A program made the translations under genes and the position numbers. From the NCBI GenBank assembly GCA_024704765.1, contig JAKMXF010000177.1, positions 310,001-374,000 of the forward strand: a stretch of 64,000 bases of DNA, read 5' to 3'. The DNA is from Oopsacas minuta. Its lineage: Eukaryota > Animalia > Porifera. Shown piece by piece: positions 50,425 to 61,989 of the stretch (positions are counted from its first letter, which is position 1; each line of letters starts with the position of its first letter). Under the pieces are notes generated by a model that did no database searches, was not told the DNA's origin, and saw only the letters and a program-made list of their open reading frames with translations.

Positions 50425-50760
50425 ATGGCAGAGGACAATATTTCACAAGAAAAAGGAATTGAAATTAGATATCCTCTGAAAATTATGATGTACTTTAACA
50501 GTGAAGATCACCTGCGAGATATTCCGTTCATTGAACTCTTACAAATCAAGGATATTCATAAACTAGATGACCATGAATTTAAAGATATCAAAAGTCATCG
50601 TCGTAAACTTCGTTCCCGAATGTATTCTAAGATGAGTAGAGAACGGAAGATAAAGGAGCTTAAGGACTTGGAAGAGATACATAAATGTCTACTTCAGCAA
50701 CAAAGAGAATTAGAACATGATATTCTACAGTTAAAAGATGATATATCAAAGGCAATGTGA
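50425..50760 (+). CDS. Small intronless bZIP protein, Maf-like
   Basis: Uninterrupted 111-aa ORF. SEDHLRDIPFIELLQ...EFKDIKSHRRKLRSRMYSKMSR aligns with Maf SDEELVTMSVRELN...LKQRRRTLKNRGYAASCR, including the Maf Tyr. Zipper L-x6-L-x6-L-x6-L. Confidence 0.75.
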   Translation: MAEDNISQEKGIEIRYPLKIMMYFNSEDHLRDIPFIELLQIKDIHKLDDHEFKDIKSHRRKLRSRMYSKMSRERKIKELKDLEEIHKCLLQQQRELEHDILQLKDDISKAM

Positions 50761-51595
50761 AAATCATTGAAAAGCTGACTACAATTATCATTACATATTA
50801 GCGCCAAAGATATTACGTTTATTATTCGCTCGCGCTCAATAAGAAATATCATGATCCCTGTTCCTGTATTAATGCAAGTATATATATTATTAAAACGCAA
50901 TTGATCTGCAAAAAATAATAATGTTATCTCGATTTGATAAAATCGTACAAAATGAAAATTAATTAGTAAAACGTCGCTTTTGGTAAATCAAAATATTATG
51001 TTTGTTGATTTTGTAATATGGGAAAAACTCAAAACCTGTCTATAGGGTACTGAGCGTAACTAATCAACAAATAAACAGATCCCTACACATCTATAGGCGT
51101 ATAAAATGTCCTAGACAACATCAGTACCAATCACAAAGACACTGAACCTCTATATAGAGTCCTACACAAGGAGAATAATCGATATTAATTTTGCCAAATC
51201 CACATGACACATACATATATACGACAGTGATCAGGCCTTATCAATAGTAGGTTATGTATTTACTTATCATAAAATGTCGAAATTCAAGAATTTTCTAGTT
51301 TAAGTACAGTCATAATGACTTTGTTAATTAGTGATGAGTTTTTGGTCAAGTTTTAACTTATGGAAACATTTTGCAAATTGAGGAGTACCTGGGATTCATA
51401 TTTCAAGAGTCTATCACGTATGTTGGCTGAGTAGTCTCGAATAATGTAATTTTTGAAAATCAAAATGGTGACAATTACGTCATAGGTGTGAATTTCGTCG
51501 AAGACTTGAACATGTCCGAGCAAGGCCCAAATACCCGTTTTCAAAAATTAGCCCTGGGGTTTCTTCAATCAATTCTGAACATATGAATATATAAT

Positions 51596-51950
51596 TATAG
51601 GAGCGCGATTCGCTTGCTCGCGCTACACGGTTGCTACACTTCGTGTTCACACTCGGGCTACGGCTCTCGAGTACATAAACTCATAATCTTAACCGTAGTA
51701 AACATGATGCTGCTATAATCTTTAAATCTGCTTACTTTATGTCCCCAAAGTGAACAAATATTTATGAAATGTTGTTTACAATACTATATTTGGACTCAGC
51801 ATACTCGATTACCTCAGTATAAACATTGAAAGCATGTTTCTACCACAATTTGAAATTTGTTTAATTTATATTCATGAAAACAACAATAAATTTACATATG
51901 AGAACCTTGAAAATGCGAAATTCTGGTTCAGCGTACTGTGTTACTATTGC
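51596..51950 (+). repeat. Helitron/Helentron-like family copy (5' part)
   Basis: TTATAGGAGCGCGATTCGCTTGCTCGCGCTACAC start; long match to 33140-33400. Confidence 0.6.
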
Positions 51951-52211
51951 CGGAATAAGGTCTTCGTAGGCCCTAGGCACTTTGCCACCAGTTATAATTT
52001 TTTGCGAATCATAATCACACATGTACGATTATGATTTTCAATCCCGAGATCCAGAGATCATCCTCATAAATTTCATTCGTGATTGCATCCCGTATTAAAG
52101 TTATAACCGGGTTTGAACATGAGGTCAAACCAGATCCCGGGATTCCAATCCCTAGGTGCTTATCGATTAATCTTTTATTATTTTAGTATGACAATGAATG
52201 TCATTTAATAA

Positions 52212-52632
52212 TTAACGAGTCTTTAGCTCGTCGCTTCGCGATGAACTTGTCGCATTGCGCCTCGAGGTATTCAACAGACCAACAACAATTGAGATTTAAT
52301 AATATTGATATTGTTTCAATAATCAGACTCAGCATACTCGATTACCCCAGTAGAGTCGTTGAAAGTATGATTCTACCTCGATTTTGAAATTTTGTTTACT
52401 TTATATTCATAAAAACAAAAAAAATTTATATATGATTAATCCAAAAGTGTGAAAATCGGATTCAGCCTGTTCGATAAATTTAATGAAGTTATATTGAATT
52501 CTATTTACTTCCTTGAATTAAACACGATAATACATAGTTATGTAACAATATAAACTGAATACCGTAAATCCTTTCCTTTGCAACGGACAAACAAACAGAC
52601 AGACAAACAACAATTGAGATTTAATAATATAG
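52212..52632 (+). repeat. Helitron/Helentron-like copies with an (ACAA/ACAG)n tract and ATTGAGATTTAATAATAT ends
   Basis: End motif at ~52290 and ~52615; the same motif occurs at ~13025, ~44230 and (reverse) ~60715. Confidence 0.6.
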
Positions 52633-55363
52633 ATTGAACGTAGAGTAGAAGTCTGGAATATGATTAGTACGTACTTTTCTCCAAAATGGATCAGCAAATA
52701 TTTTATTAATTGTGTAGGAACCAGAATCGGATAAGAAGTTCTTCGGTCAGTACGTAAAGTTCGTTTCCCCGAGAAAGTACGTCTTATCTGAGTTTAACGA
52801 TATAGAGGACTGGGTACACATTCGGAAATTCGGAAGTCTGAGTATATTTCAGAAATCTACTATAAGCAGTATTTCCTGAGAAAGAGTTTGGGCGATTTTT
52901 ATTTCGTGGACATTTTTTGGTAATTTTTACAATTTTGGAGAGTGCAAATGATTTTGGTAAGCTCATTATTAAATTACTGGTTGCTGGGCGACGGGCAGAA
53001 ATATCCTTGAGCTTTGTCCCTTGTTTTAGCATAGATATGAAACAGCTACATTTGTCAGTGTTATTGGGTTGCTACGCGAAGGGATACACTCTGCACTTAG
53101 TACCTCGAAAGTGTGAAATCCCATTTAATGGCCTTCTGTGGAAACAGCGGAGCTGCTAAGTAGCTTTAGGTTAGTAATCTGAGCAATTGGTGTCACGAGT
53201 ATTTTGAAATTCTCAAAAATATCGAAAAATGGGAGAATTTTGATTTTGTGTACAGTCATGATGACGTAATTTGGTAAAAAATCATGACGTCAGGACTTTT
53301 GGCACATTGAGGGGGGGCCTGTGATCCAAATGTCAAACTTCTATCATGTATATTGGCTGAGCAGTGGCTAATAACCTGATTTTTCGACAATCCAAAAAGG
53401 TGTGACAATGAGGCCATAATTTCGTCATAGGTGTGAATTTTCGTCCAATACTTCAACAAGTCCGGGCCGGACCGGAAATGTCTCTGTGTGCAAAATATTA
53501 GCCTTGGAAGTCTTTCAGTTTCTTCAATCAATTCCGAACATACTAATATATACACATTTATATGTACGTATTGCGTTGTAACATTATAGATATAATTATC
53601 CCTATTTGTTGCATAGTAAAATGAAGCGTAAATTTCATTAAAGAATATCTTTTAGAGGGTGGTGATAAATTGTATTCACAGTCATGGAACCTTAAACCCG
53701 CCGCTAATTTAGGGAAATACGGTACAGTAGTTTTTTCTAATAACTGAGGGACATGTGGCGCTAATTTACATATATCTGGGGGTAATCTCATCCTTTGGTG
53801 GACTAAGCCCGTCTTCGCCTGCCTGGCCTCATCCCTGATTCAATGGCATTGTACGGATGAAAATGTAATCTGGCCAAAGTGGGCCTCACATAGGGCATAT
53901 GTTACAGCATCTATATAATAATCCTGCTGCCAATTTCGTCATCCAAAATTAGGACTAAAAGTGATTCCATAGCATATTCATTTTAAATCTGCTAAGTAAC
54001 ATACTATGTGTACAATTTTAAGTGAATCCAATTTATAAGTTCGTAATGAGCGTAAAATTTCCCGTCGTTGTAAGTGGTCACTTAACCACAATTGGAGAAT
54101 TTCCCTAGCAACGCAAGATGCCTCGGGAATGTGACGACATTCCATTCTCAAATTTGGACCTAACTCCATCGAGTAACCCTTGTTCGACGCCGCTAGGCGT
54201 GGTGAGTCTAGTTATGGCCATTTCGTCCCTCTAAATGATCTTTTAACACGATTTTACTACATTGACCTTCCTGTCTCCCAAATTTCTTGAATACACGATA
54301 TTATAGTCTTTATTGTAATAATATGTAGATATAAGGTACACCATACGGTAAATGAATCTATTCATAGCTACGTATTACAATCTAAATCGATGGTTTTTGC
54401 CAGCCAATATGCAGAGAAAAAGAGGCAAAATGACCCGTTTCAACTACTAAACCATTATATGCTTCGAGGGTGAAATTCATAGTCTTACGTTCATCGAATT
54501 AGTCTATGTAGAACAGAGACAACAAAAATCAATAAATAAAGTACAATAACTAAACAATTAACAATAAATATTCCTTTTTACCAATTAAAATTGCTCTCGA
54601 AATCGGGAATTCTTAACAATTGACATATGAAAGAGGGCGAGAAACAGGGAAGCCAAACAGCCCGAAAGAAAATTCATTAAGACTTCACATTGTTTACATG
54701 ATCAAGGTAGAAAAAACAATAAATAGTATTAACCGGCTACGGTCGGTAAAATGTGTCATTCTATGACGTCAAAAAGGTGACAAAATCTCTGGTGCGGGAA
54801 TTGATTAAAACGAAGTAGTAAAATTATGTTCCTTTTCGTTAGCAACGTAACACTTCAGCCGTAATCGATTAAGGAGAAACAAGCAACTGCAAGGAGGCAA
54901 AATAACCGGGGTGGCCAAAATACCCAATTTCGACTGTATTACAAACAGAGGATAATATCGTGAATTCATATAAATGTTTTTTAAAATATCAAGAAATTAA
55001 GAGACCGTGGTGGTTCGTCGATCTGGAATAATCATGTTAAAGATTATTTAGAGGTTCGACATGGCCATAACTAGATATGAGTTCACTGATAAGGTCAGGT
55101 CTACATTTGAGAATGGAATGTTGCTACATTCCTGCGTTGTTATGGAAAAATTTCTCTAAATATGGACAAGTGATCCATCAAATTGCTGGAAATTGGATGC
55201 TGAGTGCGAATACGATGGGTAAAAGTCGATTCACTGATTTGAAGAGTTTCTCGCTTGGGATTGTATCGACGAATTATCAGACAGCAGCTATACTTAAAAA
55301 TACCAGAAAAGAACTTTCCCTATATAGAATTTGATAGTATATTTTACATGCTTGAGGCATGTA

Positions 55364-56510
55364 CTACGGGCGTTCAATAAGTAGTCCTTATCACATTGTA
55401 ATTCTAAATTTTTCTAGCATAATTGTGTAGTCAGTGATGGAGTTTATCAAAGTATTCCCCTTCGTGCTGTAAAACCAATTTCAGCCTTTTTATCCAATCG
55501 AAAGATACTTTTTTGTAGTCTTCGGTTGGTACACCGTTCATATACTGGAAAATCCCCGATCACATCTGAGCTCGACTCTCGAATTTCCTGCCTGATAGAT
55601 GTTTCTTTAGCTTTGGAAACAACCAAAAGTCACAGGGAGGGTGATCTAGCTCCACAATTTTCATAGCTTCCAACTTTTCTCCTACTAGCTTTGTCTTGTG
55701 CGGTCGGGCGTTATCATGCAATATTCGCAATCCGCGAGTTACAGTCCTTGGCCGTCGATTTTGGTAGAATTTTTCAACCTCTGTTAGACACTCATTGGTG
55801 TAGAAGGAGCCTGTTATTGTTTGGTATTTGGAGACACAAATCTGGCACACTGGACCATTAGAATCAAAAATATATACAATACATAACCTTCGTGTCCCGA
55901 AAGTCATGTCTAGGGATCATTGGTGGGTCCTGTCCTTTTGCCACCCATACTTTGTTTGCTTCTTTGATAAAGGCTCAGAATAACGTACCCAAGTCTCGTC
56001 ACCTGTTACTAACTCAAACAACCTTCTGGAGTCAGCTCGATCGAACTCAGAGGGCAATTTAGTAGCGAATTGGACCCTCTTTGCTTTCTGGGACTGAGTT
56101 AGTAAATGCGGTACCCATCAAGCACATATCTTTCGGAATTTCATATTATCATGTACAATAGCTTGAGCAGTTCCCGTTGAGATCCCAACCGCATCAGCTA
56201 TCTCCACAAGCGTGGTATGAGGGTCTTCTTCAAGTAACGCGGATACCTCAAGGATATTTTTGTCACTGGCGCTGGATACTGGTCTCCCTATTCTTGCCTC
56301 ATCTTCAATGGATACTCTATCTTCACGAAAGCGTCTAGCCCAATCAACAACAGTGGAAATGGAAGTGCTGTATCCTTATAAACTTCCTCTAAATCTTTGT
56401 GGACATCTGTTGGTGAAATTTTGAGCAGTGTTCTGATCTTCACATATGCTCTCTGCTCAATTTTGAAATCGGTACAATATTAGGACGAGACATCAGAATC
56501 AAAAAAGCTT
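55364..56510 (-). mobile_element. mariner relic related to the 11454 family, one TIR visible
   Basis: TA|CTACGGGCGTTCAATAAG terminus; RAYVKIRTLLKISP, VTGDET, HDNARPH and CDFWLFPKLK; many frameshifts. Confidence 0.85.
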
Positions 56511-56544
56511 TGCATTATTGAATTCACAATGGATGGATGCTGAA

Positions 56545-56621
56545 TATTTATTCAGTATTTATGCAGTATTTATGCAGTATTTATGCAGTATTTATGCAGT
56601 ATTTATGCAGTATTTATGCAG
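56545..56621. repeat. 11-bp minisatellite (TATTTATGCAG) x7
   Basis: Six perfect units plus one variant (TATTTATTCAG). Confidence 0.95.
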
Positions 56622-58084
56622 TATGGATGAATAGAAGACATTTTTCCAAGGAATTACGAATTTACAAAAAATTGACATTTTCGATTAGTGAATTTTTAAA
56701 TTATAATGTCATGATTTGAATTGAGTCTAAACTAGATGAATTATGGAAGTTTGAACTTTTTAAGTAGTCTAAATTCATTCCTTGGATTTTTCTACCTAAA
56801 AACATTAGATTAGAGTATTAAATTTTCATTTATTAAATTAATAAAACTGGACTCTTATTTTTTAATTTGATTCAGCAGCATGCATAGCCGCATAAAATAG
56901 GCCATGCCTAGAGTCAACAGATATCCGTAAGTTGATATTCTTGAAAAGACGTTATGATAATACAAAAACTGAGTTACTTTCTGCTCTCTTATTTCTCTAA
57001 TTATACTAGGTGGGATTGAGTACATTTCTAGTGACTCTATAGCGCATCATGATCCCAGACTGGATATACATATTTTCCAGAGCGATATGCACACTCTCTT
57101 CTACAACACAGTAAACTTCGGAGGATGGCAGACACTGACATCGTAGCCATGTGCGATTTTGACGATGAAGGTAAGGAATATTAATTTGCAAATATTGCAA
57201 AGTCAAGTAGATCTAAATTTATTCTTACTTTTCCTTAGTTACTAGAGTAGCAAATTAAGCTACGTCAGTCTGTAATTGTCCTAATCGATTCACTATTATG
57301 TACAGCTTGTCAGGATACTGTATGTTCGCATGCTAAAGCTTCCCAAATAACTTTTGATGGCGAACTGTGATGGATTTGCTTATTATAAATTAACTGATTT
57401 TTCAATTATACTCATTGACGACGATTCAACTTTAATTACAAGCTAACCAACTGTAATATGGTAATTAATATAGTTATTCTTTATTTTTAATCTTTTTTCA
57501 TCGTTAGTTCTATATAGAGGAAGATAATTAGTATTGCAGAACTTGTTTGACACCATGCAATCGTAAATCGTCTTTCCTGATCGCGAGTTTTTACCGAATT
57601 CTATTCCCATAAGTTTGGAATAACACGAACATAAATATGAAATAATTCACACTTGTTGCCAATAATTCGAAAATAATGCTAAAATTCGTTTCAACGGTTA
57701 ATCCTGGGATGATCGTGTAAGCAGATTAAGATTCTGATATTTGGCTATATCCATCATGAGTAATTATTATATATTTAATCATATTTTGTTTTAAGTTCAT
57801 ACGATCGCAGGACCTAAGCTGCACTACCAGTCTGTCGGTTACACATTTTATGAATATACTGTAAACAAAAACTATACATTTCTTGCCCTCAACAGCTACA
57901 TGGGGTAACAAAGTACGCGATTGGGGCGTTAATTTGGAGAAGAATGTATACTTAGATGTGTAAAGTTTTGAGTTCGTGCAGAGCGACAAACTCAAAGGCT
58001 CGATATCTATCATTATATTATAATATTTTCAAATGTTACACCTATTCCTACAGGAATGGAAATACACTACCATATTTTCCATCA

Positions 58085-58205
58085 TGTATGGAACGCATAT
58101 CTCCGTCTTAATAATATTAACTATGAAGAAAGTTGCGTCTGGCCATTTGTAAAGACTGTCCTGATTTAGTTGTCTTTGAAGGAGTCACGCTGGGCACTCA
58201 AAGAA
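58085..58205 (+). pseudogene. Possible CxC/KDZ (Zisupton/HMGXB3-like) transposase fragment
   Basis: WNAYLRLNNINYEESC/PICKDCPDLVVFEGVTLGT across one frameshift resembles the F.C..C...P..V..DG motif. Confidence 0.35.
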
Positions 58206-61200
58206 ATTCATCCTTATCAAATACAGCTTGACGAAAGCTCTGTTTCTCAAGTAATCCGTACATATATCCATTAAACTAAAAGAATGGCAATATATGAATA
58301 TTTAGAAAATGGCCTCCCTATCCGTTTACTAAATATTTCATTAACCGAATACGGACAAAATGTGTTATTTTAGACACATAAAGGTGCGAAAATCTCAGAA
58401 AATTACCAGGAAAGAGAAAACGAAGTGTTAAAATGTTAGTGTTCCTATTAACCACGAAAGTAAAACTTCAGCCGTGATCGGTTACAGTGGAGTAATTTTG
58501 GATATTCTGTGTCATGACGCAGTCATTTTAAGCCTTTTTAGGCTGCATTTTGAGGTAGTTGCCATAGTAAAGAGAGGCTCCGGCAATGTGGGGCTCTTTT
58601 TCAAAAAGTGAGAGAGCTTCGCCCTCTAATATTTGTGGAAATTTACTTCCCAAATCAAATCAAAAAGTAACTCCTACTTATATCTAATAAATGAGGAATT
58701 TTAATTCAAATGAAATATAAACAGTAGTCTAGTGTCTTTTTCAAAATTCATTCTAGGAATTAGACAGCTTTCAGTGACAAATATTAACAGAAAAATCGTC
58801 CTTTGGCTGATTTCATTTGAAATTTCAATGGAAAAATGTGGCAAAGACTTCTTCTCTGCTTTCTCTATTAAGTCTATTGAAATACATTCAATGGCCACCT
58901 AATCGAATCTGCTAGTGTTGTGGATTGCGATACTGTTTTCGTTAGAGACTCAAATTAAAGATGGTATTCACCTTTTCGCACGGAATGAACCGATTTCGGG
59001 AATTTTTCCCTTTTCTAATCCAGAACCAGAGGAACTTATGAAGGTGGTAAACTATCTCCAAAGGGAAGTTCTGTATAGATTTGATTTTTGCCTATACCAA
59101 TTTTCACTATAGCTTCTCGGGATGTTTTCATACAAAATATCAAAAAATTGTCATGATAAACAGTCTTGACCATGAATGACAAATTTTTACCAATATTCTT
59201 CCATAACTTCACAACCTTCAACGTTATGGCCAAATCATTCTTACATCCATATAGTATCTACCCAAATTCCTTATACTCTTATAATACATCTTGATACGAT
59301 ATCTCCAAAGAATTTTTCTCATCAATACTACCATATACGTATGGTCATTTTCAAGATTACGTCATAATCCTCAAAGATATCATAAAAATGTATTAATTTA
59401 TCAGAGTATGGGAAGTTGGGTAATGGGTATATACTATATGTAAAATGATCTGGCCATAACGTTGAAGGTTGTGAACTTTGGGTGAATATTGACAAAATAT
59501 GTCATCCATGGTCACTACTGTAACTCTGAAACACGCTTTATCATGGCAAATTTGGAAATTTTGTATGAAAACATCCTGAGACGCTATGGCGAAAATTGGT
59601 ATATGCAACAATCGACAGAGCTTCAAAATCGGACATTTTCGGAAATAAAATTGTCTAGTAAGCAATCTGGTGACATCATTTCGTCCTGAAATTTCCTATA
59701 GATATTGATTGTATGTAAAGTTAAATATCACTAATACATTTAGTCGGGCAAAAGTGCAGCAGTTTGTTTCTATAGGAATATTAGGATTCCCTGATCGATT
59801 CATGCTATATATTGCTGTCCCTGGTCCCAAATTTAGTGTACTATCATTGCCTTAGTAAATTAAATGCTGTGGATAAGCCAATCGGGTCAATAGACTCCCC
59901 AAGTACAACTACCCATCCAATCGTAGTACATATTGCAGTTGTAATTTCAGTTCTGAATTATTCTATTATACAACATATTTACGTATCAAAAGGTGTGAAA
60001 ACCGCAAAACTTAAAACCAGAAGTTACCAAATTATGCAACTATGTGCAATACACTCCCCATATACAATTTCCTATTCAACAAGTATAACAAAGTACTGAA
60101 TAGTTTCAGAGATAACAATGGACCCGAGTATGATGGCTCGAAATGGAGAGTCGACAGTCCTTACTATTAAGAATATATAATAATTATCAATAAAATTGAA
60201 AATACTTTTAGTGACAACTAGGGAGGTTAAATTATAAGCGCTTAGTACAGAAAAATTATAATCTGAAGAATCAAAGTAATTCAGATTAAGTCACCAATTA
60301 TGGAGGGGTCAATGTGACGTAGAACAAGAATCAAGATAAGTTAGAACCACCCCTCATAAATCCTTATCGCGTTATGCTACATACACCAAGTTCAACCTAA
60401 GATTTCTTAGAAAATTGCTTATCTTGTTATACGAAGCGTAATCAACCTAATAAGTAACTATCAAATTCATTTAAACTTTTAAAACAAAGTTATATTAAGA
60501 ATTTATTAGAAAGTAAATAATGTGTGTTGAAAATGAACACATACAGTATTAAATGCTTCGAAAAAATTAAGATTGTAAAAATTATCCAAATTTCAATTTG
60601 AAGTTTCTTCAAAAGAAAAATAATTTAAAAGCGGAAAATTTGGGGGGCTTGGCATGAGAGCGAGGGAATGAATAAGGATTCTAATAATTGTATATTACTA
60701 TGATAATCTATATTATTAAATCTCAATCTGTTTGTTAGTCAGTTTGTTCATTGATAAGGAAAGGATTTATGGTATATGCTATTTTGAAACTGAATTCGTA
60801 ATTCCAATATGTCTTGTTTACCAAAGAATTCAGTAAATCTTAATAAATAGCTCTACTAATAAAACGCAATTAATTCAAGTACTTACTAACGCTCTTTACT
60901 GAATTATTTGGCTGGTTACTTGGGATGTACTCTAGAGCGATTGATGAATATAAGTACAAAATATATTATCATATTCGTTATTACAGCTTTATTACGAAAT
61001 TCACCGGGAACATATGTAATTTGATATACTCTAGCGTAGTCATTAGTTTAATTATTCCCCTAATGGAACATTCTGCAATGGTTGATACACTGAATTATTA
61101 CGCTAACAATTCTTGCAACTATATAAATTTCTGTTCATGAGCATGTGCTCCTTTTGAGAATTCACTTTAATCATTGAATTTCTAAATACAATCTCCGTGA

Positions 61201-61342
61201 TATCTGTGATTAAACCAAGATAAAGAACAGAAAGACATTTCATTTATTTATGCAAAGTATCTTATATTTTAGGTAATAAATCACCCATCACATATATCCC
61301 TGCCTATAACATTCCAAAGCAGGTGATCACACGATTTATGCG

Positions 61343-61772
61343 GTTTATTATATTGTCTAGAATAGTGGATGCCTGTTATAGAACGTAGTCTGGAACTGGA
61401 TATAATGTTCTTATATCCAGGAAGTGCTTATAACTCGTATGAAGTATATAGACTGTAGAGGATGTCAGTTATGAGAACATTTCATTGAAACAGATTTGGA
61501 TTTAGGAACCATATTATAGAAATGGTTCTCATATATATTGTATTATTTATGCCGATTCTACAAACAAACCGGTAATAAGAACCAATTCACTACTATTCTA
61601 AGAGTGTTCTTATAAGCTGCATAAATTATATTGGGGTATATGGAAACTGTTTTCCAGTATAATGTTCTTATATCCGGTAAAATTCCATGGAATATATAAT
61701 GTATATATGATTCCGTAAATCTAGTTAAGGTTCTTATAACCAGTGTTCTTATATCCGGCATCTACTCCACTA
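61343..61772. mobile_element. pogo/Tigger-type MITE with repeated GTTCTTATATCCGG motifs
   Basis: Imperfect TIRs TAGTGGATGCCTGTTATAGAAC / GTTCTTATATCCGGCATCTACTCCACTA. Confidence 0.5.
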
Positions 61773-61989
61773 AGTGATAATAGAATAGTTAAATACATAA
61801 CATTTGGACCACCGCTCTTATATTGCTTCACTTTGGATACGAAGATTTCGCAGATGGACACGGATAACGGATTGGACGGCCGACCCATCCACACCCCTTC
61901 GAACTGGAACGCATCGAAAGTAGGCTAGTGCTTGAACGAACGTGAGGAAGGGAGATAAATCTCTCTAAACATAAAATTTTATTCTTGCT

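Noticed and set aside
56537-56719. 60-aa ORF with repeated FMQYLCSIYAV
   Set aside because: Artefact of the 11-bp minisatellite.
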